Shown: positions 48,544-58,248, counted from the first letter of the stretch. The stretch: DNA of 64,000 nucleotides from Planctomycetota bacterium (GCA_965223265.1 OZ244999.1:5760001-5824000), one strand, 5' to 3'. The notes: generated by a model from the letters alone, not told the origin. Made by a program: numbers and translations.

Positions 48544-49908
48544 ATGCTTCGCATCGAGACATCGGGCGAGTCCGGTCGTTACTGCGACGGCGTCAGTCGA
48601 CGCAGCTTCGTACAGCTGGGAGTCGCCGGCATGGCCAGCCTTGGACTCGGCGACGTCCTGCGCGCACGGGCGCTATCGCACCCTGCAATCCGCGCCGAGA
48701 AAGACACTTCCGTACTCCTCATCTGGCTCGACGGTGGCCCGAGTCACATGGATCTTTGGGATATGAAGCCGGATGCGCCGAGCGTCTACCGTGGTATCTG
48801 GCGCCCGATCCACACCAACGTGCCCGGCATCGACATCACAGAGATGTTTCCGCGCCAGGCGAAGGTTGCCGACAAATTCTCGATCGTTCGCTCCTTCCAC
48901 CACGACCAAGGCGACCATTTCACCGGGGCGCACCACATGCTCACCGGCCGCGGCGGCGCCAGCGGTAGCGACACGAAGGGTAAGTTTCCCTCGATCGGTT
49001 CGATTGCGACGATGGTGACGGGAGCACGCCGCCGTGGCATGCCTGCATACGTCGGTATCCCGATTTGCGCCAGCGTCGGCCTCAACCCCGGGTACTTCGC
49101 TGCCCACTTTCTTGGTGGTCATCGTGACCCGTTCCAGACTGGCGGCGACCCGAACCGCGACGACTTCAAGGTCAACAACCTCAACTTGCCGAGCGGGCTT
49201 TCGATCGACAGACTGGAGGACCGCCGTGCTCTGAAGGGACGCCTCGACCAGCTGGCGCGTCAAGTCGAACGCACGGCGAGCTTCGAGACGCTTGACGAGT
49301 TCGACCTGGCCGCGTATGAGTTCGTTTGCGGCGATGCTGCGCGCAAGGCGTTCGACCTCAGCTCGGAGGATCCCCGCATCCGTGATCTTTACGGCCGGCA
49401 CGGTTGGGGCCAGAGCACACTCCTGGCGCGGCGACTCGTCGAAGCCGGTTCGACGTTCGTCACGGTGCACTTCGGCGGCTGGGATCATCACTGGAATCTT
49501 GAAGCTGGTATGAATAGCTACTTGCCGCGCGTCGATTCAGCGCTGTCGGCTCTCTTCGGTGATCTCGACCAACGCGGCCTGCTCGAAAAAACCCTCGTGG
49601 TTGTCTGCGGCGAATTCAGTCGCACGCCGCGTATGAACGACGGCAGCGGCAACGGCACGCCAGGGCGCGATCATTGGGGCCGTTCGATGGCAGTGGTGAT
49701 GGGCGGCGGCGGCGTTCAGGGTGGTCGCATCGTCGGTTCAACGGACAGTCGCGGGGAACGCCCCAAAGACCACCCGCTGACCATGGGCGATTTCCACTCG
49801 ACGATTTACCACGTCCTCGGCATCGACCCGCGTCTCAGCATTCTCGATCACAGCGGACGACCGATCCATCCGGTGGAGAAGGGCGACGTGATTCACGAGC
49901 TGTTTTGA
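48544..49908 (+). CDS. DUF1501 domain protein (Tat signal)
   Basis: RBS GAGGAGGT; YCDGVSRRSF, IWLDGGPSHMDLWDMKP, LLARRLVEAG, WDHH, GEFSRTP, GRDHW. Confidence 0.95.
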   Translation: MLRIETSGESGRYCDGVSRRSFVQLGVAGMASLGLGDVLRARALSHPAIRAEKDTSVLLIWLDGGPSHMDLWDMKPDAPSVYRGIWRPIHTNVPGIDITEMFPRQAKVADKFSIVRSFHHDQGDHFTGAHHMLTGRGGASGSDTKGKFPSIGSIATMVTGARRRGMPAYVGIPICASVGLNPGYFAAHFLGGHRDPFQTGGDPNRDDFKVNNLNLPSGLSIDRLEDRRALKGRLDQLARQVERTASFETLDEFDLAAYEFVCGDAARKAFDLSSEDPRIRDLYGRHGWGQSTLLARRLVEAGSTFVTVHFGGWDHHWNLEAGMNSYLPRVDSALSALFGDLDQRGLLEKTLVVVCGEFSRTPRMNDGSGNGTPGRDHWGRSMAVVMGGGGVQGGRIVGSTDSRGERPKDHPLTMGDFHSTIYHVLGIDPRLSILDHSGRPIHPVEKGDVIHELF

Positions 49909-50006
49909 GCGTGATGCTCGATTCGGATGGGCGGAGACAAGCGCAAGAATGCGCACTCTCCTCCAGCCGCCTTCGCGTCATGGTTGTCTATTTGACTCCA
50001 CGGCGC

Positions 50007-51305
50007 TCAAACGCTCGCCAGCTCGTAACCGGAGCGATACTCGCGGTCGAGGTAACGGTTAGCGTCGGGATCGTCAGGAAACGTCTCGGTCTTGGGATCG
50101 AACCGTAGGCGCCGTCCGGTGCGGTAGGAGATGTTTCCAAGATGGCAAAGAAGCGACGAGAGATGGCCTTCTTCGATATCGGCGATGAGCTCAGTGGTCT
50201 TACGATTCCTGACGCAATTGATGAAGTTCTCGTAGTGTCGCGTGGTGTCTCTCCACACCTTGCCACCTGAACGCACCAGCTCATTGCCGCGGAAGACGCG
50301 GTAGCCGTCCCGATCAACCATCAAGTAACCTTCGTCGCCGTAGATGATGTTGTCGTTGTCGAGTCGATGCCCCTGCATGCGGTAGGGAGTGAAATCACGC
50401 TGCTCGAAAACATAGAGGAGTTCGTCGTACTCCCACGTCACCACCATGGTGTCCGGTGTCTCCTGAGCATCGCCACGCGATCCCAGTTTCGCACCGCTGC
50501 ACGAGACGGCTTTGGGTGCGCCAAGGCCAAGAGCCCAGCGCCCTAAGTCGACCTGGTGCACGCCGTCATTACCGAGGTCGCCCGTGCCATAGTCCCACAG
50601 CCAGTGCCAGCCACGATGAAAACGATTGCGATTGAACGGACGTTTCGGCGCGGGGCCGATCCAGAGATCGTAATGAACCCCTGCCGGGACAGGCTCGTCC
50701 GCGGCGTGCGGCATGCGTCGACGCCTCTGATTGTTGATCGCCTTCACCATGAGCACTTTCCCGATGATGCCATCGCGGAGCAGCTGCCACGCCTCCTCGT
50801 AGTGTGGTACCGCACGCAGCTGCGTGCCATGCTGAACAACACGTTGATACTTTTGTGCCGCTTTCACTGCCAGCCGCCCCTCGCGGATGTTATGAGATGC
50901 AGGCTTTTCGACGTAGACGTCCTTACCAGCGACACACGCCGCGATCGTCGCTGGTGCGTGCCAGTGGTCAGGCGTGGCGACGATCAGCGCGTCGATGTCG
51001 TGACGTTCAAGTGCGCGACGAAAATCAGCTATCTGCTCCGGTCGCTTGCCTGTCTCTTTCTCGAGTCGATCGCATAGCTTCGCGGCGCGGGCGTCATCGA
51101 CATCGCAAACGATCGCGATTTCGCTCTGGGGCACGCGCGCAAACCATCCCGCCACACCTGCACCTCGACCGCATCCCATCACTGCGGTGCGGACCGTTTC
51201 GTGCGCAGCGTAGCTGGAACGCAGACTGCCAAGCTGTGACGCCAGGAGCGCACCACCCATACCTACAGACGCCCTGCCAAGAAAAGTGCGTCGAGTGAGA
51301 CCCAT
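50007..51305 (-). CDS. Gfo/Idh/MocA family NAD(P)-dependent oxidoreductase, Tat signal
   Basis: LTRRTFL; GCGRG, VCDVD, ATPDHWHA, GKDVYVEKP, YDLWIGPAP, GDLGNDGVHQVD, CHLGNISYRTG. Confidence 0.95.
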   Translation of the reverse strand: MGLTRRTFLGRASVGMGGALLASQLGSLRSSYAAHETVRTAVMGCGRGAGVAGWFARVPQSEIAIVCDVDDARAAKLCDRLEKETGKRPEQIADFRRALERHDIDALIVATPDHWHAPATIAACVAGKDVYVEKPASHNIREGRLAVKAAQKYQRVVQHGTQLRAVPHYEEAWQLLRDGIIGKVLMVKAINNQRRRRMPHAADEPVPAGVHYDLWIGPAPKRPFNRNRFHRGWHWLWDYGTGDLGNDGVHQVDLGRWALGLGAPKAVSCSGAKLGSRGDAQETPDTMVVTWEYDELLYVFEQRDFTPYRMQGHRLDNDNIIYGDEGYLMVDRDGYRVFRGNELVRSGGKVWRDTTRHYENFINCVRNRKTTELIADIEEGHLSSLLCHLGNISYRTGRRLRFDPKTETFPDDPDANRYLDREYRSGYELASV

Positions 51306-51451
51306 CGTTCCCTCCGCATGAGAATCGACCAAACTTCGGCGCGGATACGCGGCGCAAGCGCGAGAACACAGGTCCCTATGCTAACCAGCAGCGATCGACT
51401 CGACAACCGTCCCAAGCTTCACCCGACGCGGTAGAGGTTTCAGAAGGTTAA

Positions 51452-51516
51452 CAGCCCGCCTGAAGAAGTCATTCGGCCGAGAAACTGGTCTCTTCACGCC
51501 CAACTCAGCCGCGGCG
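51452..51516. mobile_element. MITE family B, truncated copy (one arm only)
   Basis: TTAA|CAGCCCGCCTGAAGAAGTCATTCGGCCGAGAAACTGGTCTCTTCACGCCCA matches the left arm of the 54816 element. Confidence 0.75.
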
Positions 51517-51587
51517 CGAGATCGTCCGGTGCGAGGTAGTGTTGACTGGTGCTGACACAAGCGCGAGGAAATTCGGGCTTGTCTGTG

Positions 51588-52619
51588 CTATCGCGACAGC
51601 ACCCCCTTCTTCTCAAGGAAAGCCTTCAGCTCTCCCAGCTCATCGAGTCGATTGCCGCGCCGCGGTGGCCGCATGAGTGTCGTCTTGTAGAGTCCCATCA
51701 GATGGAGCACAGACTTGTAGTTGTGCGGATAGCCAAGTTTGCCGGTAATCTCGAGGAGCGGCTCTTCGAAGTCATAGACGATGTCGCGGGCTCGCTCGTA
51801 TTTCCCCTCCGTAAGTGCACGATAGAACTTAAGGGTGATTTCCGGGGCGAACGGGGCTGCCGGACACAGGTACGCGGCAGAACCGGCGAAGTAGCCGAAG
51901 AGAAAATGCTTCATCTGGCCGGCGCTCAAAACTGCAAAGTTATACTCTTTCGTCGCTCTGCAAAACGCGTAGTAGTTGTAGAGTTCCTCGTGGCACTTGT
52001 CGCCGATCACCTTCGGCAGCTGTGCCAGACGCTTCATCAAATCGAGCGAGTACTTTCGATCGACCGTCAGGAGCGGCACCTCCGTGCGGGCGTCGATGGT
52101 GCGAAACGCGTCGTAAACCTCGTCCTCACCGCGAGCCAGGTCGCCTATGTGGACATTGATGGCATCGACTCCCGAGTCGGCAACGCGATTGATGAACTCG
52201 ATCGTACGACCGGTCCACCAGGCTCCGGTGCCGCCAATGACAAGAGTGCGGCCACGTGCCTGATCGGTCACGGTCCGGGTGACCTTTTCAATCTCCTCCT
52301 CCGTCAGAAAGCCAAGCTCGCTGTCGCCGTACGTGAGAAAGAGAATCGGCTGTTTCTTTTCGCACATAAACTCGACCCACGAACGGAGGCTGCCGTAGTC
52401 GATCGAGAAGTCCGTGTTGTACGGAATCGTGATGGAAGCCATGGGCCCCTTGAGGCGATCCAGGACCCCTTGGCAGCGCTGGTTGCGCTGCAGTCGGGCT
52501 ACGCCTCCGTGGACGCGTGTGCCGAACGCGGGCGTGAACGCCACCGCCGCGACGCTACCCAACGCGCTCGACAGAAACCGGCGACGGCTCAAGGGTACGA
52601 AAGCTCTGGATGCGTCCAT
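51588..52619 (-). CDS. Dihydrodipicolinate synthase/N-acetylneuraminate lyase family protein (class I aldolase-like), Tat signal
   Basis: LSRRRFL; LKGPMASITIPYNTDFSIDY, LTEEE, VIGGTG, SGVDAI, VIGDK (Schiff-base Lys position), YKSVLHLMG..MRPP. Confidence 0.85.
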   Translation of the reverse strand: MDASRAFVPLSRRRFLSSALGSVAAVAFTPAFGTRVHGGVARLQRNQRCQGVLDRLKGPMASITIPYNTDFSIDYGSLRSWVEFMCEKKQPILFLTYGDSELGFLTEEEIEKVTRTVTDQARGRTLVIGGTGAWWTGRTIEFINRVADSGVDAINVHIGDLARGEDEVYDAFRTIDARTEVPLLTVDRKYSLDLMKRLAQLPKVIGDKCHEELYNYYAFCRATKEYNFAVLSAGQMKHFLFGYFAGSAAYLCPAAPFAPEITLKFYRALTEGKYERARDIVYDFEEPLLEITGKLGYPHNYKSVLHLMGLYKTTLMRPPRRGNRLDELGELKAFLEKKGVLSR

Positions 52620-52911
52620 GTGGATCCTCTCTCTTTGATCAAGGTATGGCGACTGCTCGTTCACAATAAGGAACACGACGCGAACTGTCCATTGCTCACG
52701 GCTCTGCGGATAGAGGTTTAAGAATTCGCACAGGTACGTCGGATGCGAGTGCACTGTACAAATTTCTCTGGTCTTGCTCTCGAGCCCGGCCGCAATCTAT
52801 AGATCGACGGACCACCGTTTCGAACAGCTTTTGATTGCCGCTCCGAGGTTCTTGCGGCACGATGACATACTGTGTTCTCATCGAGCTCTCGACGGAAGAA
52901 AGGCGAACATC

Positions 52912-54513
52912 ATGCGACCGCAACTCTCGACGCTCCTTCTTAGCGTAGCCTTGACGATCGTTGGCACGAGCAGCGACGCCCAGGTTCCCCTGACGACGAT
53001 CCGAGTCGCGTCAGGACTCGAAAAGCCGGTTCAGGCCACAGCGCCGGCAGGCGATTGCGAGCGCATCTTCATCGTCGATCAGTCGGGTCAAATCCTCGTC
53101 CTGAGCCAGGAACAGTTCGGTGCTACGCCAACGCAGATGTTTCTCGATATCTCATCGAAGGTCGCCCCGCCGGACCGCATTTGGCACGACCGCAGCGAGC
53201 AGGGACTTCTCAGCATGGCGTTCCACCCGAGCTATGACGAGAACGGCTATTTCTACGTCCACTATATCGAGACCGGTCCTGACCTCGATCCCGAGGCGAT
53301 CATCATCGGGGACTCGGTCATCGCTCGCTATTCCGTCTCCGGCGACCCGAACGTCGCTCTCGCCGAGAGCGAGGAACGCGTCCTCGTCGTCGACAACAAC
53401 ACTGAAAACCACAACGGCGGCATGATCGCCTTTTCACCGAACGACGGCTTTCTCTATATATCACTGGGAATCATGAGCGGCTCAGGGCCGGAAGGCCTCG
53501 ACCTATCGCTCCTGCAGGGAAAGCTCCTGCGCCTCGATGTGAACAGCGACGACTTTCCTGATGAAGAGGATCGCAACTACGCCATACCCACAACCAATCC
53601 ATTCGTCGGTGTCGAGGGAGCCCGCGGCGAGATCTGGTCACAAGGGCTGCGCAATCCCTGGCGCTTTTCGTTCGACAGGGACACGGGCGATCTCTATCTC
53701 GGCGATGTCGGCGGTGGGACGCGCGAAGAGCTCAACTTTCAACTTGGAACCAGCGTCGGCGGTGAGAACTACGGCTTCAACACCTACGAAGGCACGGTGT
53801 GTCGCAGCGGCGACGGCTGCGACCCAGATGGCGTGACGTTCCCTGTTCTTGAGCGCGAGCATACCTCGAACGTCAAGGAGTCGATTATCGGCGGATATGT
53901 CTACCGTGGTGACCGCATTCCCGACCTTGTGGGCACGTACATCTACGGTGACTGGTGGGTCGAAGGTTCAACGTCGGAGCCAGTGCCCGACGGCATGTCG
54001 AAGTTTTGGTCGCTGCGCATGGTCAACGGCGAAGTGACAGAGCACCAAGAGCGTACGGACGAGTTTGACCCCGGCGACGGACTGACGATCAGCAACCTGA
54101 CTTCGTTCGGCGAAGACGGCACCGGTGAGATCTATATCTGCGCACGCGCCGACGTCGACACACTCGGCCAGGGGACAGGAGAGGTCTACAAGATCGTCGC
54201 CGCCGACGACACTGAACCGATGACGATCTGCCCGACGGTTGACGATGAATTCACCCGCGGTGACTGCAACAACGACGGCGAGCTGGACATCTCCGACGGC
54301 GTCTTCAACCTGATCGTGCTCTTCTTCTCCGATCGCCCACCGGAGTGCGCCGAGGCCTGCAACGCCAACAACGACGCACAGAACGACGTCTCAGACGCCC
54401 TCTTTGTGTTCAACTATCTGTTTGTCGGTGGCGCCGAACTCGAGGCACCGTTCCCAACCTGCGGCAGCGATGCCGGCGACAGCCTCGGATGCGTGCAGGG
54501 CGCCTGCGACTGA
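52912..54513 (+). CDS. PQQ-dependent sugar dehydrogenase (GSDH family) with a C-terminal dockerin-like domain
   Basis: Signal peptide; EQGLLSMAFHPSY, NHNGGMIAFSP, GKLLRLDV, YAIPTTNPF, GLRNPWRFSFD, GGYVYRG, SFGED; FTRGDCNNDGELDISD. Confidence 0.93.
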   Translation: MRPQLSTLLLSVALTIVGTSSDAQVPLTTIRVASGLEKPVQATAPAGDCERIFIVDQSGQILVLSQEQFGATPTQMFLDISSKVAPPDRIWHDRSEQGLLSMAFHPSYDENGYFYVHYIETGPDLDPEAIIIGDSVIARYSVSGDPNVALAESEERVLVVDNNTENHNGGMIAFSPNDGFLYISLGIMSGSGPEGLDLSLLQGKLLRLDVNSDDFPDEEDRNYAIPTTNPFVGVEGARGEIWSQGLRNPWRFSFDRDTGDLYLGDVGGGTREELNFQLGTSVGGENYGFNTYEGTVCRSGDGCDPDGVTFPVLEREHTSNVKESIIGGYVYRGDRIPDLVGTYIYGDWWVEGSTSEPVPDGMSKFWSLRMVNGEVTEHQERTDEFDPGDGLTISNLTSFGEDGTGEIYICARADVDTLGQGTGEVYKIVAADDTEPMTICPTVDDEFTRGDCNNDGELDISDGVFNLIVLFFSDRPPECAEACNANNDAQNDVSDALFVFNYLFVGGAELEAPFPTCGSDAGDSLGCVQGACD

Positions 54514-54706
54514 GAGTTCGAGCTTGGCGTAGACATCGTAACTTCGGCGCGAGGCGAACCCGTTCAAGATCCGGACGCGATCACTGAATGGTCGCGGCAC
54601 GAAATGCGAGACCGAGCTTGAGGTAGCATCCAATGAAGCGGCACGTTCTTTGCGCTCTCGGATGCAGCATTGTCCTGATACCGTGCCCGACCGCAGCGGA
54701 TAGTCC

Positions 54707-55404
54707 ATGCTCCCCGAGCTAAGCCGCGTCGTGGTCATCGGAACCAGCGGCGCAGGAAAAACGACCTTAGCCCGTCGCCTTGCCGCCGCCCTCGGTTCAC
54801 CGCACATCGAGCTGGCAGCCCGTTGAAAAGTCATTCGGCCGAGAAACTGGCCTCTTCACGCCCAGATCGACCGCGGCGAGCCTCGAAAATCTCGGAGATT
54901 ACCTACGTTCGCCGCGGCCGATCTGGACGCGAAGCGACCAGTTTTCGACTCGAAGCACTTTTCAACAGGCTGCTAGATCAACTGTACTGGAACCCTGGCT
55001 GGGAGCCTACGCCAGCCGACGAGTTCTCAGAACTTCTGGCGACCAAGCTCGCCAGTCCCAACTGGGTCGTCGATGGAAACTACTGCGACTATCGTGCTCA
55101 GATCTGGGACATAGCGACAGCCGTTGTCTGGCTCAACTATCCGTTTCGTCGAACCTTCAGCAGACTTCTACTCCGAACGCTCAAGAGGTCGCTATGCCGC
55201 GAAGAGATCTGCGGCGGCAATCGAGAGGCGCTCTTTACCAAGGAATCCATCCTCTGGTGGGCGATCACGTCCGACCCGAAGAATCGGCGGGCTTACCGTC
55301 GTGCATTCGATGTGGAGTACCGTCACTTGGCGCGGTTCGAGTTTCGTCGTCCGGTGGAGACTGACGCTTTCGCCGGCAACCTCAGCAGCGAGTACCATAG
55401 ATGA
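54707..55404 (+). pseudogene. Adenylate-kinase-like / topology modulation (FlaR-like) P-loop gene disrupted by a MITE
   Basis: ATG 54707 gives MLPELSRVVVIGTSGAGKTTLARRLA..HIEL, then an insertion with an in-frame TGA. The gene resumes in another frame as LDQLYWNPGW..WVVDGNY..VVWLNYP. Removing the insertion restores HIELDQLYW. Confidence 0.88.
54816..54972. mobile_element. MITE family B, full copy (157 bp foldback element)
   Basis: Terminal inverted repeats CAGCCCGTTGAAAA / TTTTCAACAGGCTG; flanks CTGG / CTAG; imperfect inverted arms of about 70 bp; inserted within a CDS. Confidence 0.88.
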
Positions 55405-55507
55405 GGCTCGACCGCACGCTGACGATGCTGGCGCAGCGATCAGGTCGCTCGGGCTCCACGGATCACCTTCGTTTCACACACGCTTCCACACGGTGAACAG
55501 AAGCTCA

Positions 55508-55801
55508 ATGCTTCCCCGAATTCTCATCGCATTAGTGATCGTTGCCGCGATCGTCTACGTGTTCCGACCGAAGCCGCGATTCATCGTTCGCATCCGAGAC
55601 GGCCGGCCGATCGCGACGCGCGGGAAAGTACCCGCCGCTTTCCTCGCCGATTGTCAACGTGCACTGGATGAGTTGAACATTCACGGAGGCACGATCAAAG
55701 GTTACGGCCCACCGCATCGCACGACGCTAAAATTCTCTCGGCAGATTCCGGTGGCAGACCACCAAAGCCTCCGAAACGTGTGGCATCTTTACTCGCGATA
55801 G
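55508..55801 (+). CDS. DUF3634-like small membrane-anchored protein
   Basis: MLPRILIALVIVAAIVYVFRPKPRFIVRIRDG...GKVPAAFLADC...GTIKG...LKFSRQIP...QSLRNVW. Confidence 0.75.
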   Translation: MLPRILIALVIVAAIVYVFRPKPRFIVRIRDGRPIATRGKVPAAFLADCQRALDELNIHGGTIKGYGPPHRTTLKFSRQIPVADHQSLRNVWHLYSR

Positions 55802-56085
55802 TCGCCGACAGAGCCGCAGAGGACGCTCGGTTCGTCCCTGTGGCGTTTCCACGGGAGACCGACCGAGAGAGCTCATTGACCCGCACGGGCGTCCAGGCTC
55901 GAGCGCTCGATGCGGCACACAAACGGCGCTTCAAGGCACTCTTCTGGAGAGGTGGGAACGCAATGGCCGTGGAAAAAATATCACCTCGGAGTTCGCAGCG
56001 CCTGTAAATCGCAGTTTACCTGCCCTTCTTTTCGTACATCTCGTAACCATAAATCATCCAGCCACTTACGCCCCCAACTGAGACG

Positions 56086-56101
56086 TGGCACTCGGATTGC
56101 T
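56086..56101 (+). promoter_or_regulatory. Sigma-54 (-24/-12) promoter
   Basis: TGGCACTCGGATTGCT is an exact TGGCAC-N5-TTGCW match, about 95 bp upstream of ATG 56195 (RBS AAGGAGGT). Confidence 0.8.
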
Positions 56102-56194
56102 CTTTCCGCGCTCCATGACGTCACAGGCGGTCCGTTCCGCGTCGGCGGACGGACAGCGACCTGAGCCGTCGAACTCTTTCCAAGGAGGTCGAAG

Positions 56195-58156
56195 ATGCAG
56201 CGATGGAGCTTACGGACTCTGACATGCGTGGGGGCGCTGTGGATCTCGGGAGGATTCATCGTCTACGGCGACGATGATGACGGCCGCAAGAGCCAACTCT
56301 CCCCGCCCGATGGTAGCGGGCTACCAGACGCTGTGGGAGTCGTCGAGCTCGATCAGAGCGAGCTCGAAATCAAGGTCAAGAATCTCGCACCGGCGGCGGC
56401 CTACGGTGTATTTCTGGACGATGGCACCGGCGCGCTGGTCGAGGTCGGCGTCGTCACGACCAACGAGAGCGGCGAAGGAGAAATCGAGTTCGAAGGCGGC
56501 GGCGTGGGCGGAACCGGCGGCTCCACCGGCGAGGATGGAAGCGACGGTAGCGAAGATGACGACGATGGTGATGATGACGGTGACGACGAAGCTCCTCTAC
56601 CTTTCGGTGTTACATCGGGCGATCAGCTAGCGGGCCGCGCTATCGAAGTCCGCGACGCCGACGGCGCCGTGGTCCTCGCCGGGTTGACCCCCGACCTCAG
56701 GTTCAACAACGACGACCAAGAAGGAAAGATCTTGCTGTCACCTCCTGAGCCCACCGGGGACAACGATCCCAGCGGCGAGATGGAGCTTCGCCAACAGAAC
56801 GGCCGGATTCGCATCAAGGTGGAAATCGAGCGTCTCGACGCCGTGATCGCGTACGAAGTCATTCTCACGAATCCAGCGACCGGTGAGTCAGTGTCGCTTG
56901 GTGTGATCACGACCGACGAGAACGGTGAAGGTCAGATGCGAGTCGATACCGCTCAAGGCGATCCCGTCCCGTTCGGTGTCGGAAGCGTGAGCGAGCTGCT
57001 GAACTTCGAAATTGCCGTGAACGATCCAGACGGCAATTCCGTGCTTGTGGGCACCGTCGACAGCGTCGAAGAGAAGCCCGAGGAAAAGGAGGAGGGCGAG
57101 AAAGAAGGCGAAAGTTGCTTAGCCTCCGACGATCCCGAATCTTCGGCACATGGTGAAGTCGAGATCGAAGTACACGCCGACGGAGAAGAAAAGTTCGAAG
57201 TTGAGGTCGAACGCGTTGATGCGTCAAGCGTGTTCGACGTGATCCTCACGGACGACACCGGTACCTCCGCCTCTGCGGGTCAACTGACGACGAACGCCGA
57301 AGGACGCGGCGAGCTGCAGCTGAAATCAGGGGACTCGCTTCCGTTCGGAGCTGCAAGTGTCACGGAGCTGAGCGGACTGGCTGTGGCGGTCGTCGATGCC
57401 GCCGGCAGCACCGTTCTCAGCGGCACCGTGGCCGACCTCGGAACCGACGCCGATTGTGACGGAGACGATGATGATGGGGACGATGGAGACAACAACGCGC
57501 CGCGTCTCGACGTCGAGCCTCAAATCGACGCTGAGGGCGAGGAGCTCGAGATCGAACTGGAGCACGTCGCAGCCGACACTCTCTTCACCATTCAGATCAC
57601 CGCTGCTGACGGTAGCGTGCAGGACATCGGCGCCATCGCCACCGACGTCGAGGGAAGGGGCGAGCTGAAGTTCGATACGGAGGATGGGGATGCTCTGCCT
57701 CTGGGCGCCGCGAGCGTCTCGGAGCTCGAAGGCCTCGAGGTGTCTGCCGTGAGTCCTGAGGGCGAAGTCGTCGCGAGCGCCGTAGTGCCAGCGCCGATCG
57801 TTGACGTCTCAGGCGACGGCATGGTGGTCGCGGCGCTGGAAATTGACCCGTTCGCCGTGATCGGCCCCTTCGACGCTGCATTTCTGCGCGGCGACTCAAA
57901 CTCCGACCTTGCCGTCGACATCAGCGACCCCATTTTCACGCTGATCTATCTGTTCGCCGGCGGCACGGTAAGGCCACTCTGCCTTGACGCGGCCGACAGT
58001 AACGATGACGGCGGCCTCGACATCGCCGACCCCGTCGCCAGCTTGAATCTGCTCTTCTCGGAAGGCGCTTCAGCCGTGCCGGAGCCAGGTATGTTCATCC
58101 CAGGATTCGATCCGACCCCGGATCTGCTTCACTGCGAAGAATCTCCGACGCTCTGA
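56195..58156 (+). CDS. Secreted acidic protein with four tandem ~110-aa repeats and a C-terminal dockerin-like domain
   Basis: Signal peptide; recurring GxxTTxxxGxGE...LPFGxxSxxELxG...DxxGxxVLxG; FLRGDSNSDLAVDISDP..CLDAADSNDDGGLDIADP. Confidence 0.88.
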   Translation: MQRWSLRTLTCVGALWISGGFIVYGDDDDGRKSQLSPPDGSGLPDAVGVVELDQSELEIKVKNLAPAAAYGVFLDDGTGALVEVGVVTTNESGEGEIEFEGGGVGGTGGSTGEDGSDGSEDDDDGDDDGDDEAPLPFGVTSGDQLAGRAIEVRDADGAVVLAGLTPDLRFNNDDQEGKILLSPPEPTGDNDPSGEMELRQQNGRIRIKVEIERLDAVIAYEVILTNPATGESVSLGVITTDENGEGQMRVDTAQGDPVPFGVGSVSELLNFEIAVNDPDGNSVLVGTVDSVEEKPEEKEEGEKEGESCLASDDPESSAHGEVEIEVHADGEEKFEVEVERVDASSVFDVILTDDTGTSASAGQLTTNAEGRGELQLKSGDSLPFGAASVTELSGLAVAVVDAAGSTVLSGTVADLGTDADCDGDDDDGDDGDNNAPRLDVEPQIDAEGEELEIELEHVAADTLFTIQITAADGSVQDIGAIATDVEGRGELKFDTEDGDALPLGAASVSELEGLEVSAVSPEGEVVASAVVPAPIVDVSGDGMVVAALEIDPFAVIGPFDAAFLRGDSNSDLAVDISDPIFTLIYLFAGGTVRPLCLDAADSNDDGGLDIADPVASLNLLFSEGASAVPEPGMFIPGFDPTPDLLHCEESPTL

Positions 58157-58194
58157 TCGATTGCGAAAAATCTCCCTCGTAGAAGCGCACCATG

Positions 58195-58248
58195 GGCGCG
58201 CAGGCAGATGGCCGAAGTGTCTTCGCCTGCGCGCCTGATTGTGTTTTT
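58195..58248 (+). terminator. Putative intrinsic terminator or RNA hairpin between the two dockerin-protein genes
   Basis: 11-bp stem GGCGCGCAGGC...GCCTGCGCGCC followed by TGATTGTGTTTTT; the 19-nt loop is long for a terminator. Confidence 0.45.

Noticed and set aside
51549-52721. 390-aa plus-strand ORF
   Set aside because: Antisense to the DHDPS-family gene, which has clear motifs.
54823-55404. 193-aa ORF as an intact gene
   Set aside because: Its first ~50 residues are translated MITE sequence, and the Walker A lies upstream in another frame.
55124-55507. N-terminal extension of the 225-aa ORF
   Set aside because: It overlaps the kinase pseudogene; the recognisable protein starts at ATG 55508.
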